Positions 17,389 to 30,434 of a stretch of 44,234 bases of DNA are shown here, in pieces. This stretch comes from an uncultured Marinilabiliaceae bacterium. Its GTDB lineage: Bacteria; Bacteroidota; Bacteroidia; Bacteroidales; Marinilabiliaceae. The stretch's first letter is position 1; every line of letters begins with the position of its first letter. The stretch spans positions 16,546-60,779 of the forward strand of contig CAZHHH010000001.1 in NCBI GenBank assembly GCA_964532085.1, given 5' to 3'. The position numbers and the translations under genes were made by a program. The notes under the pieces are model-generated. The model searched no databases. It had not been told where the DNA came from and was given only the letters and a program-made list of their open reading frames with translations.

Positions 17389-20300
17389 TTATGGATAAAC
17401 TTGATCTGAAGTTAATTTATCTCCAACAAGTTTGTCATATTCTAGTTTTGAACCAACTACAAGTTTGTCGTATGTTCTAATACCAGTACCTGCAGGTATT
17501 AAGTGACCACAAATCACATTTTCTTTCAGTCCTTCTAATTTATCGACTTTACCATGAATTGCAGCTTCATTTAATACTTTAGTTGTTTCCTGGAACGAAG
17601 CAGCTGACATAAAGCTCTTGGTTTGAAGAGATGCTCTTGTTATACCTTGCAATATCTGATTAGATGTAGCAGGTATTGCCTCTCTTGCTGATACAAGTTT
17701 CAAATCTCTACGTTTCAACTGAGAATTTTCATCTCTCAATCTTCTTGCAGTAATTATCATTCCTGATTTTAATGCTTGCGAATCACCAGCATCATCAACA
17801 ACCATTTTACCCCAGATAGAGTCATTTTCTTCCATGAATTCCACCTTGTCAATAAGTTGTTTTTCTAGGAACTTGGTATCACCTGGATCAATAATTTCTA
17901 CTTTACGCATCATCTGACGTACAATTATCTCAAAGTGTTTATCATTAATCTTAACACCCTGTAATCTATATACATCCTGAACTTCGTTAACAATATACTC
18001 TTGAACAGCCGTAGGTCCTTTAATTGCTAAAATACTAGCAGGTGTGATTGCTCCATCTGATAGAGAAATACCAGCTCTTACATAGTCATTCTCTTGTACA
18101 AGAATCTGACGTGATAACGGAACTAGATACTTTTTCACCTCACCAGATTTGCTTGTTACAATAACCTCTCTATTTCCACGCTTAATTCCACCGAATGAAA
18201 CTTCACCATCAATCTCTGAAACAACAGCTGGATTAGAAGGATTACGTGCCTCAAACAACTCTGTAATTCGTGGTAAACCTCCAGTGATATCTCCAGAACG
18301 GCCCATAGCACGAGGTATCTTAACTAATATCTGACCTTGAACAACATCTTCGCCTTCTTCTACAGCGATATGTGCACCAACCGGTAAGTTATAAGTCTTC
18401 AACACCTCTCCAGATGAAGATACAATTTCTAACTCTGGATTCTTAGTTCTATCACGAGTCTCAGTAATTACCTTCTCGTGGAAACCTGTTTGCTCATCAG
18501 ATTCCTCAGTATATGTTAATCCTTCGATTAAGTCATTGAATGCAACCTTACCTGTTTTCTCACTAATAATCAGCGCATTCCATGGATCCCACTCACTAAT
18601 TAAATCACCTTTAGAAACATCCGCTCCATTTTTAACATAAAGCTTTGCTCCATAAGGAATAGGATGAGATGTTAGAGTGATATTTGTATTCTTATCAACT
18701 ATTTTCATCTCTGCTAATCGTCCAATTACAACATCAACAGTATCGCCACCTTCTTGCTCATAAGGAACAGTTCTTAACTCTTCAATCTCAATACGTCCAT
18801 CATATCTTGCAGAAAGTTTACTCTCAGTAGCAATATTACTTGCAGTACCCCCAACGTGGAAAGTACGAAGAGTCAACTGAGTACCTGGTTCACCAATAGA
18901 CTGAGCTGCTACAACTCCTACAGCTTCACCACGCTCAACCATACGTCCTGTTGCTAAGTTACGTCCATAACATTTTGAACAAACACCTTGTTTTGTCTCA
19001 CAAGTTAATACCGAACGAATCTCTACACGCTCAATTGGTGACTCATCTATAATCTTAGCCTCTTTTTCAGAAATTTCTTCTCCAGATTCTATGATTATAT
19101 CTCCAGTTGTTGGATTGTAAACATCATGAACAGAAACTCTTCCTAAGATTCTTTCATATAATGATGATGCAACAACATCGTCATCACCCTTAATAACAGA
19201 GGCAGTTAATCCTCTCAATGTTCCACAATCTTCTTCTGTAATAATAACATCTTGAGATACGTCAACTAGTCGACGAGTTAAATATCCAGCATCAGCTGTC
19301 TTTAACGCTGTATCCGCAAGACCTTTACGAGCTCCGTGAGTTGAAATAAAGTACTCTAGTACAGATAAACCTTCTTTAAAGTTAGATAAAATTGGGTTTT
19401 CAATAATTTGATCACCATCTGAACTTGATTTTTGCGGTTTTGCCATTAATCCTCTCATACCAGACAACTGACGAATCTGCTCTTGAGAACCTCGAGCTCC
19501 AGAATCAAGCATCATATACACTGAGTTAAACCCTTGCATATCATTACTCAACTGATTCATCAAAGTTCTAGTCAACTTAGCATTAACATGCGTCCAAATA
19601 TCAATAATGGCATTATAACGCTCATTATTAGTAATGAATCCCATGTTATAGTTATTGGTTACCTCTTCAACTTCTTTATATCCTTGCTCAACTAATGTCT
19701 CTTTATCTGTTGGAATAATAACATCATCCAAGTTAAATGAAAGTCCACCTTCAAATGCCATTTGGAAACCTAATGCTTTAATCTCATCTAAGAAATCAGC
19801 AGTTACTGGAGTACCACAAACCTTATGAATATCGCCAATAATGTCTCTCAAAGCTCTCTTTGTGAGCAACTCATTAATAAATCCAGCCTCTTGCGGTACA
19901 ACTTCATTAAATAGAACTCTTCCGACAGTTGTCTCAACAGTTCTTGAGATCTTTTCACCGTTATCGTCTAAATCATCAACTTTTACTTTAATCTGAGCAT
20001 GCAAGTCCACTTTCTTCTCATCATAAGCAATCTTAACCTCTTCTGGAGAATAAAAGTGTATATTTTCACCCTTAGCACCTGGACGCATTTTTGTCATATA
20101 GTATAACCCAAGAACCATATCTTGCGACGGAACGGTAATTGGAGCACCATTTGCAGGGTTTAAAATATTTTGCGAACCTAACATTAACATTTGAGCCTCT
20201 AGAATAGCAGCATTACCAAGTGGTAAATGAACAGCCATCTGGTCACCATCAAAGTCAGCATTAAATGCCGCACAAGCCAATGGGTGTAACTGAATTGCTT

Positions 20301-21669
20301 TACCCTCAATTAGCTTTGGTTGGAAAGCCTGAATACCTAATCTGTGAAGAGTTGGTGCACGGTTTAACAATACAGGGTGACCACGTAAAACGTTTTCTAG
20401 AATATCCCAAACAATAGTATCTTTTCTATCTACAATTTTCTTTGCAGATTTAACAGTCTTTACAATACCTCTTTCTATTAGTTTTCTAATAATAAAGGGC
20501 TTATAAATCTCTGCTGCCATATCTTTAGGTATTCCACACTCATGTAATTTTAAGTCTGGACCAATAACAATTACTGAACGAGCTGAATAGTCAACACGTT
20601 TACCTAATAAGTTCTGTCTAAAACGGCCTTGTTTTCCTTTAAGACTATCACTTAAAGATTTTAAAGGACGATTAGCATCAGTTTTAACAGCATTTGATTT
20701 TCTTGAGTTATCAAATAGTGAATCAACAGCCTCTTGAAGCATACGTTTCTCATTACGCAAGATTACTTCAGGAGCTTTAATCTCTATTAATCGTTTTAAA
20801 CGATTATTTCTAATAATAACTCTTCTATATAAATCATTAAGGTCAGATGTAGCAAAACGTCCACCATCAAGAGGAACCAACGGTCTTAACTCAGGAGGTG
20901 TTATTGGTACAACCTTAATAATCATCCACTCTGGCTTGTTTACATCTTTTGACTCTCTAAAAGCTTCAATAACTTGTAATCTTTTTAAAGCCTCATTTTT
21001 TCTTTGTTGAGAAGTCTCTGTATTAGCCTTATGTCTAAGATCATAAGATAGTTCATCTAAATCTAATCTAGACAAAACCATATGGAGAGCTTCAGCCCCC
21101 ATTTTAGCAATAAACTTATCTGGATCATCATCATCTAATTGCTGGTTTCCTTTAGGAAGAGTATCTAAAATATCAAGATATTCCTCCTCTGTTAAGAAAT
21201 CCATCTCAGCTATTCCATCATCGGCTTTTACTCCAGGGTTTATCACAAGATACCTCTCATAATAAATTATGCTATCAAGCTTTTTGGTTGGCAAACCAAG
21301 TAGATAACCGATTTTATTAGGCAATGATTTAAAATACCAGATATGAGCAACAGGAACTACCAATGAGATATGCCCCATACGCTCTCTACGTACTTTTTTC
21401 TCAGTAACTTCTACACCACATCTATCGCAGATAATTCCACGATATCTTATCCTTTTGTATTTACCACAATGACACTCGTAATCTTTCACCGGACCGAAGA
21501 TACGCTCACAAAACAGCCCATCTCGCTCTGGTTTATATGTACGATAGTTTATTGTTTCTGGCTTTAATACTTCACCACTTGATCTTTCTAGAATATCTTC
21601 TGGAGAAGATAGACCGATAGAAATTTGAGTAAAATTACTTTTTATTTTCTGATTTCTTCTGAATGCCAT
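17389..21669 (-). CDS. rpoC: DNA-directed RNA polymerase subunit beta'
   Basis: [12 protein letters not shown] catalytic motif; N-terminal zinc finger; 1426 aa. Confidence 0.99.
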   Translation of the reverse strand: MAFRRNQKIKSNFTQISIGLSSPEDILERSSGEVLKPETINYRTYKPERDGLFCERIFGPVKDYECHCGKYKRIRYRGIICDRCGVEVTEKKVRRERMGHISLVVPVAHIWYFKSLPNKIGYLLGLPTKKLDSIIYYERYLVINPGVKADDGIAEMDFLTEEEYLDILDTLPKGNQQLDDDDPDKFIAKMGAEALHMVLSRLDLDELSYDLRHKANTETSQQRKNEALKRLQVIEAFRESKDVNKPEWMIIKVVPITPPELRPLVPLDGGRFATSDLNDLYRRVIIRNNRLKRLIEIKAPEVILRNEKRMLQEAVDSLFDNSRKSNAVKTDANRPLKSLSDSLKGKQGRFRQNLLGKRVDYSARSVIVIGPDLKLHECGIPKDMAAEIYKPFIIRKLIERGIVKTVKSAKKIVDRKDTIVWDILENVLRGHPVLLNRAPTLHRLGIQAFQPKLIEGKAIQLHPLACAAFNADFDGDQMAVHLPLGNAAILEAQMLMLGSQNILNPANGAPITVPSQDMVLGLYYMTKMRPGAKGENIHFYSPEEVKIAYDEKKVDLHAQIKVKVDDLDDNGEKISRTVETTVGRVLFNEVVPQEAGFINELLTKRALRDIIGDIHKVCGTPVTADFLDEIKALGFQMAFEGGLSFNLDDVIIPTDKETLVEQGYKEVEEVTNNYNMGFITNNERYNAIIDIWTHVNAKLTRTLMNQLSNDMQGFNSVYMMLDSGARGSQEQIRQLSGMRGLMAKPQKSSSDGDQIIENPILSNFKEGLSVLEYFISTHGARKGLADTALKTADAGYLTRRLVDVSQDVIITEEDCGTLRGLTASVIKGDDDVVASSLYERILGRVSVHDVYNPTTGDIIIESGEEISEKEAKIIDESPIERVEIRSVLTCETKQGVCSKCYGRNLATGRMVERGEAVGVVAAQSIGEPGTQLTLRTFHVGGTASNIATESKLSARYDGRIEIEELRTVPYEQEGGDTVDVVIGRLAEMKIVDKNTNITLTSHPIPYGAKLYVKNGADVSKGDLISEWDPWNALIISEKTGKVAFNDLIEGLTYTEESDEQTGFHEKVITETRDRTKNPELEIVSSSGEVLKTYNLPVGAHIAVEEGEDVVQGQILVKIPRAMGRSGDITGGLPRITELFEARNPSNPAVVSEIDGEVSFGGIKRGNREVIVTSKSGEVKKYLVPLSRQILVQENDYVRAGISLSDGAITPASILAIKGPTAVQEYIVNEVQDVYRLQGVKINDKHFEIIVRQMMRKVEIIDPGDTKFLEKQLIDKVEFMEENDSIWGKMVVDDAGDSQALKSGMIITARRLRDENSQLKRRDLKLVSAREAIPATSNQILQGITRASLQTKSFMSAASFQETTKVLNEAAIHGKVDKLEGLKENVICGHLIPAGTGIRTYDKLVVGSKLEYDKLVGDKLTSDQVYP

Positions 21670-21732
21670 ATATAGTAGTGTATTAAATAATTTAAATTAA
21701 TATCTCGATCTCTATACCTAGAATCGAACATG

Positions 21733-24700
21733 CTATTCAAGATTAACACTTAATCCCAAGCCTCGCATTTCATGAAGCAACACATTAAGTGACTCAGGTA
21801 TGCCTGGAGTTGGAATTGGATCACCTTTAACAATAGCTTCATATGTCTTAGCTCTTCCAATAACATCATCCGACTTAACTGTCAGAATCTCCTGCAATAT
21901 ATTAGCTGCACCAAATGCCTCTAATGCCCAAACCTCCATCTCTCCAAAACGCTGACCTCCAAATTGCGCTTTACCACCAAGTGGCTGCTGCGTAATTAAT
22001 GAGTATGGTCCAATTGAACGAGCATGCATCTTATCTTCAATCATATGGCCTAATTTAAGCATATAAATTATACCAACTGTTGCAGGTTGATGGAAACGCT
22101 CACCAGTACCACCATCATATAGATAGGTCTTACCAAAGGCAGGAATATTAGCTTTATTAGTATATTCTAATAAATCTTCTTCCGTAGCTCCGTCAAAAAC
22201 AGGAGTAGAAAATTTAACACCTAACTCAGCACCAGCCCATCCTAAAACAGTCTCATAAATCTGACCTAAGTTCATTCGAGATGGAACACCAAGTGGATTT
22301 AATACAATATCAACTGGAGTACCATCAGCTAAGAAAGGCATATCTTCTTGACGTACAATACGAGAAACAATACCCTTATTACCGTGACGACCAGCCATTT
22401 TATCTCCTACAGTTATCTTACGCTTTTTAGCAATATAAACTTTTGCAAGCTGAATAATACCTGCAGGCAGTTCATCACCAATAGTTACTGTATATTTTTG
22501 ACGCTTCTCTTTAGCATCTAACTCCTTATAACGTTGACGATAATTGTAAATAATTCTCAGTACAAGATCATTAGATTCTTTATCCGATGTCCAATTTGTT
22601 GGCTCAACATCTAAGAAATCAATATCAGATATAATCTTAGATGTAAACTTTGTTCCTTTAGATACAACGTCAATTCCAAGATAATCTTTTACTCCTGCAC
22701 TAGACTTACCATCTAAAACAGTCAATAATTTGTCAATTAAATGAGTCTTTAGATTTTCTGTAGCTCTTGCAAACTCTTGATCAATTTTCTCAATCAATGG
22801 TTTCTCTAATGCTCTAGAGTTTTTGTCTTTAATAATTCTAGAGAAAAGCTTTTTATCAACTACAACACCTGACAATGATGGTGACGCCTTTAATGAAGCA
22901 TCTTTAACATCACCAGCTTTCTCTCCAAAAATTGCTCTTAAAAGCTTCTCTTCTGGAGTTGGATCACTTTCACCTTTTGGTGTAATTTTTCCAATTAAGA
23001 TATCACCAGGTGTAATATGTGCACCTAGACGAATCATACCATGCTCATCCAAATCTTTTGTAGCTTCTTCGCTAACATTTGGAATATCGGCAGTTAATTC
23101 CTCTAAACCACGTTTTGTATCACGAACTTCTAGCGAATACTCATCAATATGAATAGATGTAAATACGTCATCAATTACTACTCTATCACTTAAAACAATA
23201 GCATCCTCAAAGTTGAAACCTTTCCAAGGCATAAAAGCAACTTTCAAGTTTTTACCTAAAGCTAATTCACCTTTATCAGTTGCATAACCCTCTGTTAAAA
23301 CCTGTCCTTTAGTAACCTTATCACCTTTAGATACAATAGGTTTTATATTTATTGTTGTGTTTTGATTCGTTTTTAAGAACTTTATTAAATTATAACGTCT
23401 CTTATCGTCATCAAAACTTATTAATCGTTCCAAATCTGACAACTCATATCGTATTACGATTTCATCAGCATCTACATATTCTACAACACCGTCAGCTTCA
23501 GCAATTACCTGAGTTCTAGAATCTCGTACTAATACTTCCTCTAGTCCAGTTCCTACTACAGGCGACTCTGGTCTTAACAATGGAACAGCTTGACGCATCA
23601 TATTAGATCCCATTAATGCACGGTTTGCATCATCATGCTCCAAGAAAGGAATCATTGATGCAGCAACAGATGCAATTTGGTTTGGCGCAACGTCCATAAG
23701 TGCAACCTCTTCAGGAGCAACAACAGGGAAGTCACCTTCTAAACGAGCTTTAACACGAGGATTAATAAAAAATCCCTCATCATCAAGCGGTGCGTTAGCT
23801 TGTGCAATTGTCACAGCTTCCTCTTCTTCGGCACTTAAATATTTTACACCATCGTTAGAGATATCCACTTTTTTGTTCTCAACTTTACGATATGGAGTTT
23901 CAATGAAACCTAAATCATTAATCTTAGCGAAAACACAAAGTGAAGAAATCAATCCAATATTTGGTCCCTCTGGTGTTTCAATTGGACACAAACGACCATA
24001 ATGAGTATAATGAACGTCACGCACCTCAAAACCAGCTCTTTCTCTCGAGAGTCCACCAGGTCCTAATGCCGACATTCTTCTCTTATGCGTAATCTCAGCC
24101 AATGGATTTGTTTGATCCATAAATTGAGATAAAGCATTTGTACCAAAGAAACTATTAATTACAGCTGATAATGTCTTACTATTAATTAAATCAATTGGAG
24201 TAAACACTTCATTATCACGCACATTCATTCGTTCACGAATAGTACGAGCCATACGAGCTAAACCAATTCCAAACTGATTTGCTAATTGCTCACCAACAGT
24301 TCTAACTCTTCTGTTACTTAAATGGTCAATATCATCAACATCAATCTTAGAGTTTACTAACTCAATTAGATATTTGATGATTGCAATGATGTCATTCTTA
24401 GTCAGAACTCGATTATCTATATCCTCTTCTAGATTTAATTTTCTGTTGATTCTATATCTACCAACTTCACCTAAATCATATCTTTTATCTGAAAAGAAAA
24501 GATTATCAATAACGTCACGTGCAGTAGACTCATCAGGCGGCTCTGCATTTCTTAATTGACGATAGATATGAACAACTGCCTCTTTTTCAGAGTTACAAGG
24601 GTCTTTCTGTAACGTGTTATATATAATTGTGAAATCTCCAGCATTAACTATCTCTTTATGAATTAAAATAGTTTTAGAGCCAGAATCTATAATTTCATCT

Positions 24701-25542
24701 ATATGTTCTTCTTCAATAACAGTCTCTCTATCGATAATAACTTCATTTCTTTCGATAGATGAAACTTCACCTGTGTCTTCATCAACAAAATCTTCAATCC
24801 AAGATTTTAAAACACGAGCAGCAAGTTTTCTTCCTACAATTTTTTTCAATGCAGCCTTAGAAACCTTTATCTCATCTGCAAGACCAAAAATTTCTAAAAC
24901 TTCTTTGTCAGACTCATAACCTATTGCACGTAATAATGTTGTTACAGGTAATTTCTTTTTCCTATCAATATATGCATACATAACATTATGAATGTCAGTA
25001 GCAAACTCAATCCAAGAGCCTTTTAAAGGAATCACTCTTGCTGAGTATAATTTTGTTCCATTAGCATGTATACTTTGTCCAAAGAATACACCTGGAGATC
25101 TGTGCAATTGAGATACAACCACACGTTCTGCTCCATTAATAATGAAACTACCTTTATCTGTCATATAAGGCACTGTGCCTAGATAAACATCTTGAACTAC
25201 TGTTTCAAAATCCTCATGCTCTGGATCTGTACAGTATAATTTTAATTTAGCCTTTAAAGGAACACTATATGACAGTCCCCTTTCAATACACTCTTCTATA
25301 GAGTATCTTGGAGGGTCTATACCATAATCTATAAACTCAAGAACAAAATTGTTTCGAGTATCAGAAATCGGGAAGTTTTCCAAAAAAACCTTATTCAATC
25401 CTTCATCAACTCTTTCATCTGAAGTTGAACCTAATTGGAAAAATTCACGAAAAGATTTTAATTGAACTTCAAGAAAATCAGGATAGTCTAATTGATTTTT
25501 TGTAGTTGCAAAATTTATTCTTTCAGTTGTAATTGGAGTCAT
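21733..25542 (-). CDS. rpoB: DNA-directed RNA polymerase subunit beta
   Basis: [26 protein letters not shown]; 1269 aa. Confidence 0.99.
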   Translation of the reverse strand: MTPITTERINFATTKNQLDYPDFLEVQLKSFREFFQLGSTSDERVDEGLNKVFLENFPISDTRNNFVLEFIDYGIDPPRYSIEECIERGLSYSVPLKAKLKLYCTDPEHEDFETVVQDVYLGTVPYMTDKGSFIINGAERVVVSQLHRSPGVFFGQSIHANGTKLYSARVIPLKGSWIEFATDIHNVMYAYIDRKKKLPVTTLLRAIGYESDKEVLEIFGLADEIKVSKAALKKIVGRKLAARVLKSWIEDFVDEDTGEVSSIERNEVIIDRETVIEEEHIDEIIDSGSKTILIHKEIVNAGDFTIIYNTLQKDPCNSEKEAVVHIYRQLRNAEPPDESTARDVIDNLFFSDKRYDLGEVGRYRINRKLNLEEDIDNRVLTKNDIIAIIKYLIELVNSKIDVDDIDHLSNRRVRTVGEQLANQFGIGLARMARTIRERMNVRDNEVFTPIDLINSKTLSAVINSFFGTNALSQFMDQTNPLAEITHKRRMSALGPGGLSRERAGFEVRDVHYTHYGRLCPIETPEGPNIGLISSLCVFAKINDLGFIETPYRKVENKKVDISNDGVKYLSAEEEEAVTIAQANAPLDDEGFFINPRVKARLEGDFPVVAPEEVALMDVAPNQIASVAASMIPFLEHDDANRALMGSNMMRQAVPLLRPESPVVGTGLEEVLVRDSRTQVIAEADGVVEYVDADEIVIRYELSDLERLISFDDDKRRYNLIKFLKTNQNTTINIKPIVSKGDKVTKGQVLTEGYATDKGELALGKNLKVAFMPWKGFNFEDAIVLSDRVVIDDVFTSIHIDEYSLEVRDTKRGLEELTADIPNVSEEATKDLDEHGMIRLGAHITPGDILIGKITPKGESDPTPEEKLLRAIFGEKAGDVKDASLKASPSLSGVVVDKKLFSRIIKDKNSRALEKPLIEKIDQEFARATENLKTHLIDKLLTVLDGKSSAGVKDYLGIDVVSKGTKFTSKIISDIDFLDVEPTNWTSDKESNDLVLRIIYNYRQRYKELDAKEKRQKYTVTIGDELPAGIIQLAKVYIAKKRKITVGDKMAGRHGNKGIVSRIVRQEDMPFLADGTPVDIVLNPLGVPSRMNLGQIYETVLGWAGAELGVKFSTPVFDGATEEDLLEYTNKANIPAFGKTYLYDGGTGERFHQPATVGIIYMLKLGHMIEDKMHARSIGPYSLITQQPLGGKAQFGGQRFGEMEVWALEAFGAANILQEILTVKSDDVIGRAKTYEAIVKGDPIPTPGIPESLNVLLHEMRGLGLSVNLE

Positions 25543-25580
25543 GTAAACAGCAAATTAATGAACTTAAAACTTATAAGCAT

Positions 25581-25618
25581 AAAAAGGTTTAGGAGTTCAC
25601 TATGCGAATTCCTAAACC
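25581..25618 (-). terminator. Terminator/attenuator between rplL and rpoB
   Basis: Minus strand GGTTTAGGAATTC...GAACTCCTAAACC-TTTTT, preceded by a second hairpin at about 25623-25640. Confidence 0.75.
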
Positions 25619-25654
25619 GTCTTTCCTAATTAAATAGGAAGTATTCTTTTGAAT

Positions 25655-26026
25655 TTACTTAAGTTCAACTTCTGCGCCAGCTTCTTCTAATTGAGCTTTC
25701 AATGATTCTGCTTCTTCTTTAGAAACTTTTTCTTTGATTGGACCTGGTGCAGCGTCAACTAATTCTTTAGCATCTTTAAGACCAACACCTGTCATCTCTC
25801 TAACAAGTTTTACGATAGCTAATTTAGAGCCACCAGCAGACTTAAGTATTACGTCAAATTCTGTTTGTGCAGCAGCGGCATCATCACCATCTGCAGGAGC
25901 AGCAACAGCTACAGCAGCAGCTGCAGGCTCGATACCATATTCTTCTTTTAAAACGTTTGCTAACTCACTTACTTCTTTTACAGTTAAATTTACTAATTCT
26001 TCTGCAAGTTTTTTAATATCTGCCAT
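25655..26026 (-). CDS. rplL: 50S ribosomal protein L7/L12
   Basis: Ala-rich hinge; [27 protein letters not shown]. Confidence 0.99.
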   Translation of the reverse strand: MADIKKLAEELVNLTVKEVSELANVLKEEYGIEPAAAAVAVAAPADGDDAAAAQTEFDVILKSAGGSKLAIVKLVREMTGVGLKDAKELVDAAPGPIKEKVSKEEAESLKAQLEEAGAEVELK

Positions 26027-26062
26027 TTTTATAAGTGTTAATAATTTTCTGTTATTAATTAT

Positions 26063-26581
26063 TTAATTTCTTTTTTCTAAAGTTTCGAGGATACCATGAA
26101 TAGTTGATCCACTTGATTGAAGTGAAGAAACAACATTCTTGATTGGAGACTCAAGCAACGCTACGATATCGCCAATTAATTCCTCTTTTGATTTAATATT
26201 TGCTAATGTATTTAACTGATCGTCGCCTACATAAATCGACTCTTCAACATAAGCTCCTTTTAGTAAAGGTAATTCACCTTTTTTCCTAAAATCTTTAATA
26301 AGTTTTGCTGGAGCATTTCCTGTATTAGTAAACAATACAGCTGAAGTACCTTTGAAAGCGTCTTCTAGTTCCTCTACATTTAGTTCTCTTTTCTCTACAG
26401 CTAGTTTAAATAAAGTGTTTTTAACAACTACCATTTTAACATCGTTTTCAAAACACTTACGTCTTAAAGCTGATGTTTGGCCAGCATTTAAACCCTGAGT
26501 ATCTGTGATATAAAAGTGATCATACTCACCTAATATATCAACAAGATTATCTATTACTTTTATCTTCTCTGTCTTTTTCAT
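26063..26581 (-). CDS. rplJ: 50S ribosomal protein L10
   Basis: VVKNTLF motif; position between rplA and rplL. Confidence 0.98.
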   Translation of the reverse strand: MKKTEKIKVIDNLVDILGEYDHFYITDTQGLNAGQTSALRRKCFENDVKMVVVKNTLFKLAVEKRELNVEELEDAFKGTSAVLFTNTGNAPAKLIKDFRKKGELPLLKGAYVEESIYVGDDQLNTLANIKSKEELIGDIVALLESPIKNVVSSLQSSGSTIHGILETLEKRN

Positions 26582-26609
26582 GATTCTGATTTTTCAAAAT
26601 TACTAAACA

Positions 26610-27305
26610 TTAATTCACAAATGAATTTGGTTCAATTCGAATACCAGGACTCATTGTACTTGACAAGAAAACACTAAGAACATATGTCCCTTTAGCCGAT
26701 GCTGGCTTAAGTCTGTGAACAGTTGACATAAATTCATTGATATTTTCTGTAAGTTTATCTGCTGAAAAAGACACTTTTCCTACTGTAGAATGAAGAATTC
26801 CATACTTATCAACTCTAAAGTCGATTTTTCCTGCTTTAACTTCAGTGACAGCTTTGCCTACTTCCATAGTAACAGTTCCACTTTTAGGGTTTGGCATTAA
26901 TCCTCTTGGTCCTAAAATACGACCTAAAGCACCAACCTTACCCATAACACTTGGCATAGTGATTATTACATCGATATCGGTCCATCCACCTTTAATTTTT
27001 TCAATGTAATCATCTAATCCAACGTAATCCGCACCTGCAGCTTTAGCTTCTTCTTCTTTGTCTGGAGTACAAAGTACTAATACTTTTGTCTCTTTTCCAG
27101 TTCCATGAGGAAGAGTAACTACGCCACGTACCATTTGGTCTGCGTTACGAGGGTCTACACCAAGACGAACATCTATATCGACAGATGCATCAAACTTTGT
27201 AAAAGTAATTTCTTTTACAAGTTCTGCAGCTTCTTCTACGGAATAAGACTTAGTCAAATCTACTTTTTCTAAAGCAGCTTTCTTATTCTTTGTTAGTTTT
27301 GTCAT
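26610..27305 (-). CDS. rplA: 50S ribosomal protein L1
   Basis: [15 protein letters not shown]; ATG 27305 (MTKLTKN) preferred over the track's 27317. Confidence 0.98.
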   Translation of the reverse strand: MTKLTKNKKAALEKVDLTKSYSVEEAAELVKEITFTKFDASVDIDVRLGVDPRNADQMVRGVVTLPHGTGKETKVLVLCTPDKEEEAKAAGADYVGLDDYIEKIKGGWTDIDVIITMPSVMGKVGALGRILGPRGLMPNPKSGTVTMEVGKAVTEVKAGKIDFRVDKYGILHSTVGKVSFSADKLTENINEFMSTVHRLKPASAKGTYVLSVFLSSTMSPGIRIEPNSFVN

Positions 27306-27320
27306 TTTTCCAAACAATTT

Positions 27321-27764
27321 TTAATTGTTACCGGGAAATTTACCCTTAACATTAATCCCCATACTTCTAGCAGTGCCGGCAACCATCTTCATTGCAGATT
27401 CAACTGTGAAACAATTTAAATCAGCCATTTTGTCTTCAGCAATCTCTTTAACTTGGTCCCATGTTACATTACCTACCTTATCGATATTAGGCTCTGAAGA
27501 CCCAGATTTTACTTTAGACTTTTCAAGAAGTTGAACTGATGCAGGTGAAGTTTTAATTACAAAGTCAAATGATTTGTCTTTATATACAGTAATAACTACT
27601 GGTAAAACTTTTCCCGCTCTTTCTTGAGTACGGCCATTAAACTGCTTACAAAAATCCATGATGTTTACTCCTTTAGCACCTAATGCAGGTCCTACTGGAG
27701 GTGATGGATTTGCTGCGCCACCTCTAATTTGAAGTTTTATAAAAGCTTCTACTTCTTTAGCCAT
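27321..27764 (-). CDS. rplK: 50S ribosomal protein L11
   Basis: [19 protein letters not shown]. Confidence 0.99.
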   Translation of the reverse strand: MAKEVEAFIKLQIRGGAANPSPPVGPALGAKGVNIMDFCKQFNGRTQERAGKVLPVVITVYKDKSFDFVIKTSPASVQLLEKSKVKSGSSEPNIDKVGNVTWDQVKEIAEDKMADLNCFTVESAMKMVAGTARSMGINVKGKFPGNN

Positions 27765-27860
27765 TGTAGCAATTCGTATTGGTTATATAAAATAAAATGG
27801 TCGTTTTTGATTATATCTGTAGAGGTAGTAAAACTACCCTGGAAGCTCCACTACTAAATA

Positions 27861-28406
27861 CTATTCTCTAACAACCTGTAAAAAACTTAATTCTAATGGT
27901 GATTTACGGCCAAAAATCTTGACCATAACTTTTAATTTCTTCTTCTCTTCATTAACTTCCTCAATGATGCCATCAAAACCATCAAATGGTCCGTCAATAA
28001 CTTTCACTGATTCACCAACATGGAATGGATCTAATATTTCTTCTGAAGATTCAGATAGCTCATCAACAATTCCAAGCATACGTCTAACTTCAGATTCACG
28101 CATAGGAGTAGGCACATTGTTATGGTCTGTTAAAAATCCAATTACATTTGGTACTGACCTTAAAATATGCTCTACTTCACCAACTAATGCAGCTTCTATC
28201 ATTATATACCCAGGAAAAAAATTTCTTTCTCGGATATATTTTTTTCCATTTCTAGTTTGATACACCTTTTCAGTTGGTATCAAAACTTGGGTAACATACT
28301 CTTGCATATTTAGGTTGGCTATTTCTGCTTCAATGTACTCCTTAACCTTATTTTCTTTTCCACCTATGGCTCGTAGTACATACCACTTCCTTTCTAAATC
28401 TGCCAT
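27861..28406 (-). CDS. nusG: Transcription termination/antitermination factor NusG
   Basis: WYVLR..FPGY; KOW motif GESVKVIDGPF; IFGR. Confidence 0.98.
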   Translation of the reverse strand: MADLERKWYVLRAIGGKENKVKEYIEAEIANLNMQEYVTQVLIPTEKVYQTRNGKKYIRERNFFPGYIMIEAALVGEVEHILRSVPNVIGFLTDHNNVPTPMRESEVRRMLGIVDELSESSEEILDPFHVGESVKVIDGPFDGFDGIIEEVNEEKKKLKVMVKIFGRKSPLELSFLQVVRE

Positions 28407-28422
28407 TATATATTTCCTTTTT

Positions 28423-28617
28423 TTAATATAGTTTTGAATATGCCCACTCTAAAATAGTATCAATTGAAATGTCCATAGCATAAATTACAACAGCAATAAT
28501 CACTGATGCTATCATTACAACTATTGCGCTATTTTGTAATTCTGCCCAAGTTGGCCAAGTAGTTTTATTAACCAACTCGTTATACACATCTTTAATGTAC
28601 TCTATTATTTTTTTCAT
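28423..28617 (-). CDS. secE: Preprotein translocase subunit SecE
   Basis: ELVNKTTWPTW plus a single TM segment; between tRNA-Trp and nusG. Confidence 0.96.
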   Translation of the reverse strand: MKKIIEYIKDVYNELVNKTTWPTWAELQNSAIVVMIASVIIAVVIYAMDISIDTILEWAYSKLY

Positions 28618-28650
28618 CTCTTACGACGGTTTATACCGATTACTTTATTG

Positions 28651-28723
28651 CACGGGAGGAGAGACTCGAACTCCCGACACCTGGTTTTGGAGACCAGTGC
28701 TCTGCCAACTGAGCTACACCCGT
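28651..28723 (-). tRNA. tRNA-Trp (CCA)
   Basis: ACGGGTGTAGCTCAG...CTGGT-CTCCAAA-ACCAG...GTTCGAG...CTCCCGTG cloverleaf. Confidence 0.96.
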
Positions 28724-28728
28724 GTAAA

Positions 28729-28757
28729 TTAAGGCTGAATTAATTATTCAGCCTTAA
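28729..28757 (-). terminator. Hairpin after tuf (terminator or processing site)
   Basis: TTAAGGCTGAAT-N5-ATTCAGCCTTAA. Confidence 0.65.
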
Positions 28758-28775
28758 ATATATTTTAGATTTTGT

Positions 28776-29963
28776 TTACTCTAAAATTTCAGTTACCTGA
28801 CCAGCACCTACAGTACGACCACCTTCGCGAATTGCAAAACGAAGTCCTACGTTTACAGCTACTGGGTAAATTAAATCTACAGTAATTGATACGTTATCAC
28901 CTGGCATAACCATATCTGTACCTTCTGGAAGAGTAATCTCACCAGTTACGTCTAATGTACGAATATAGAACTGAGGACGATATTTATTGTGGAAAGGAGT
29001 GTGACGACCACCCTCATCTTTCTTCAATACGTAAATTTCTGCTTTAATTTTAGTATGAGGAGTGATACTACCTGGTTTAGCTAAAACCATACCACGTTTG
29101 ATATCTTCTTTCTCAACACCACGCATTAATAAACCTACGTTATCACCTGCTTGACCTTGGTCTAAGATTTTACGGAACATCTCTACTCCAGTACATACAG
29201 TTTTCTTACCTTCTGCACCTAAACCAATAATTTGCATCTCATCACCTGTGTTAATAACACCAGTTTCGATACGACCAGTTGCAACAGTACCACGACCAGT
29301 AATCGAGAATACGTCTTCAACAGGCATTAAGAATGGTTTTTCAACATCACGTGGAGGTAGTGGAATCCATGAATCAACAGCATCCATCAACTCCATAACT
29401 TTCTCTTCCCACTCTTCCTCACCGTTAAGTGCACCTAAAGCAGAACCAAGAACAACAGGAGTGTTGTCACCGTCAAACTCATAGAAGCTTAATAAATCAC
29501 GTACTTCCATTTCTACTAATTCTACTAATTCAGGGTCATCTACCTGATCAGCTTTGTTCAAGAATACAACGATTCTTGGCACGTTTACCTGACGCGCAAG
29601 TAAGATGTGCTCTCTTGTTTGAGGCATTGGGCCGTCTGTTGCAGCACATACTAAAATTGCACCGTCCATTTGAGCAGCACCGGTAACCATGTTTTTAACA
29701 TAGTCGGCGTGACCTGGACAGTCAACGTGTGCATAGTGGCGTTCTGCCGTTTCATACTCTACGTGAGAAGTATTAATAGTGATACCACGCTCTTTCTCTT
29801 CTGGCGCGTTATCAATAGCGTCGTAGCTCTTAACCTCAGAGAAACCTCTTTTTCCTAAAACTGTTGTAATAGCAGCTGTCAAAGTTGTTTTACCGTGGTC
29901 AACGTGACCAATAGTTCCTACGTTGAGGTGTGGCTTTGTTCTTTCGAATGTTTCTTTAGCCAT
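28776..29963 (-). CDS. tuf: Elongation factor Tu
   Basis: [31 protein letters not shown]. Confidence 0.99.
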   Translation of the reverse strand: MAKETFERTKPHLNVGTIGHVDHGKTTLTAAITTVLGKRGFSEVKSYDAIDNAPEEKERGITINTSHVEYETAERHYAHVDCPGHADYVKNMVTGAAQMDGAILVCAATDGPMPQTREHILLARQVNVPRIVVFLNKADQVDDPELVELVEMEVRDLLSFYEFDGDNTPVVLGSALGALNGEEEWEEKVMELMDAVDSWIPLPPRDVEKPFLMPVEDVFSITGRGTVATGRIETGVINTGDEMQIIGLGAEGKKTVCTGVEMFRKILDQGQAGDNVGLLMRGVEKEDIKRGMVLAKPGSITPHTKIKAEIYVLKKDEGGRHTPFHNKYRPQFYIRTLDVTGEITLPEGTDMVMPGDNVSITVDLIYPVAVNVGLRFAIREGGRTVGAGQVTEILE

Positions 29964-30027
29964 AATTCTAGATAATTTAAGACAATTAGAACAATAATAA
30001 TCCGTAAATAAAAAAATACTTTTTTTG

Positions 30028-30099
30028 AGCCAATGATGAGAATTGAACTCATGACCTCTTCCTTACCAAGGAAGCGCTCTACCCCTGAGCTACATCGGC
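30028..30099 (-). tRNA. tRNA-Thr (GGT)
   Basis: GCCGATGTAGCTCAGGGGTAGAGC..CTTCC-TTGGTAA-GGAAG..GTTCAA..CATTGGCT. Confidence 0.96.
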
Positions 30100-30105
30100 A
30101 CATTG

Positions 30106-30178
30106 AGCGGGAGACGGGGCTCAAACCCGCGACCCTTAGCTTGGAAGGCTAATGCTCTATCAACTGAGCTACTCCCGC
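30106..30178 (-). tRNA. tRNA-Gly (TCC)
   Basis: GCGGGAGTAGCTCAG..TTAGC-CTTCCAA-GCTAA..GGTTTGAG..CTCCCGCT. Confidence 0.95.
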
Positions 30179-30199
30179 AATTTTTAGCTTTTAAGCCCA

Positions 30200-30207
30200 C
30201 AAAGTTA
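30200..30207 (-). promoter_or_regulatory. Bacteroidota -7 promoter element upstream of tRNA-Gly
   Basis: TAACTTTG matches TAnnTTTG, about 21 nt before the tRNA. Confidence 0.6.
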
Positions 30208-30306
30208 ATGTTTTATTAAAACAATTCACAAATAAATGTAGACTTTATTTATTTTAATATACAAAATAACAAAAGCAATGTGTCAAAAATCAGTCTTAAT
30301 CGCACT

Positions 30307-30339
30307 AAAAGGCTGATTACTTTTGATGATAATCAGCCT
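30307..30339 (-). terminator. Intrinsic terminator downstream of hpf
   Basis: AGGCTGATTA-N10-TAATCAGCCT-TTT on the minus strand. Confidence 0.65.
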
Positions 30340-30382
30340 AATAAATTATATTATTATAAATTTGCAAACTGAATTCGGAGTG

Positions 30383-30390
30383 CAAATGTA
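30383..30390 (-). promoter_or_regulatory. Bacteroidota -7 promoter element downstream of hpf
   Basis: TACATTTG(CA) on the minus strand. Confidence 0.55.
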
Positions 30391-30434
30391 TATATATTTT
30401 TTAAAAACACAAAAATATAAACCTTTTTTTCTAT

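Noticed and set aside
17389-25542. Inteins or unusual insertions in rpoB/rpoC
   Set aside because: Lengths and motifs are typical for Bacteroidota; no intein signature seen.
29918-30124. 68-aa ORF upstream of tuf
   Set aside because: Overlaps tRNA-Thr, tRNA-Gly and the tuf start.
30106-30178. tRNA-Gly T-loop TTTGA (instead of TTCGA) as a pseudo-tRNA sign
   Set aside because: All stems pair correctly, and I recall this variant in Bacteroidota tRNA-Gly(TCC).
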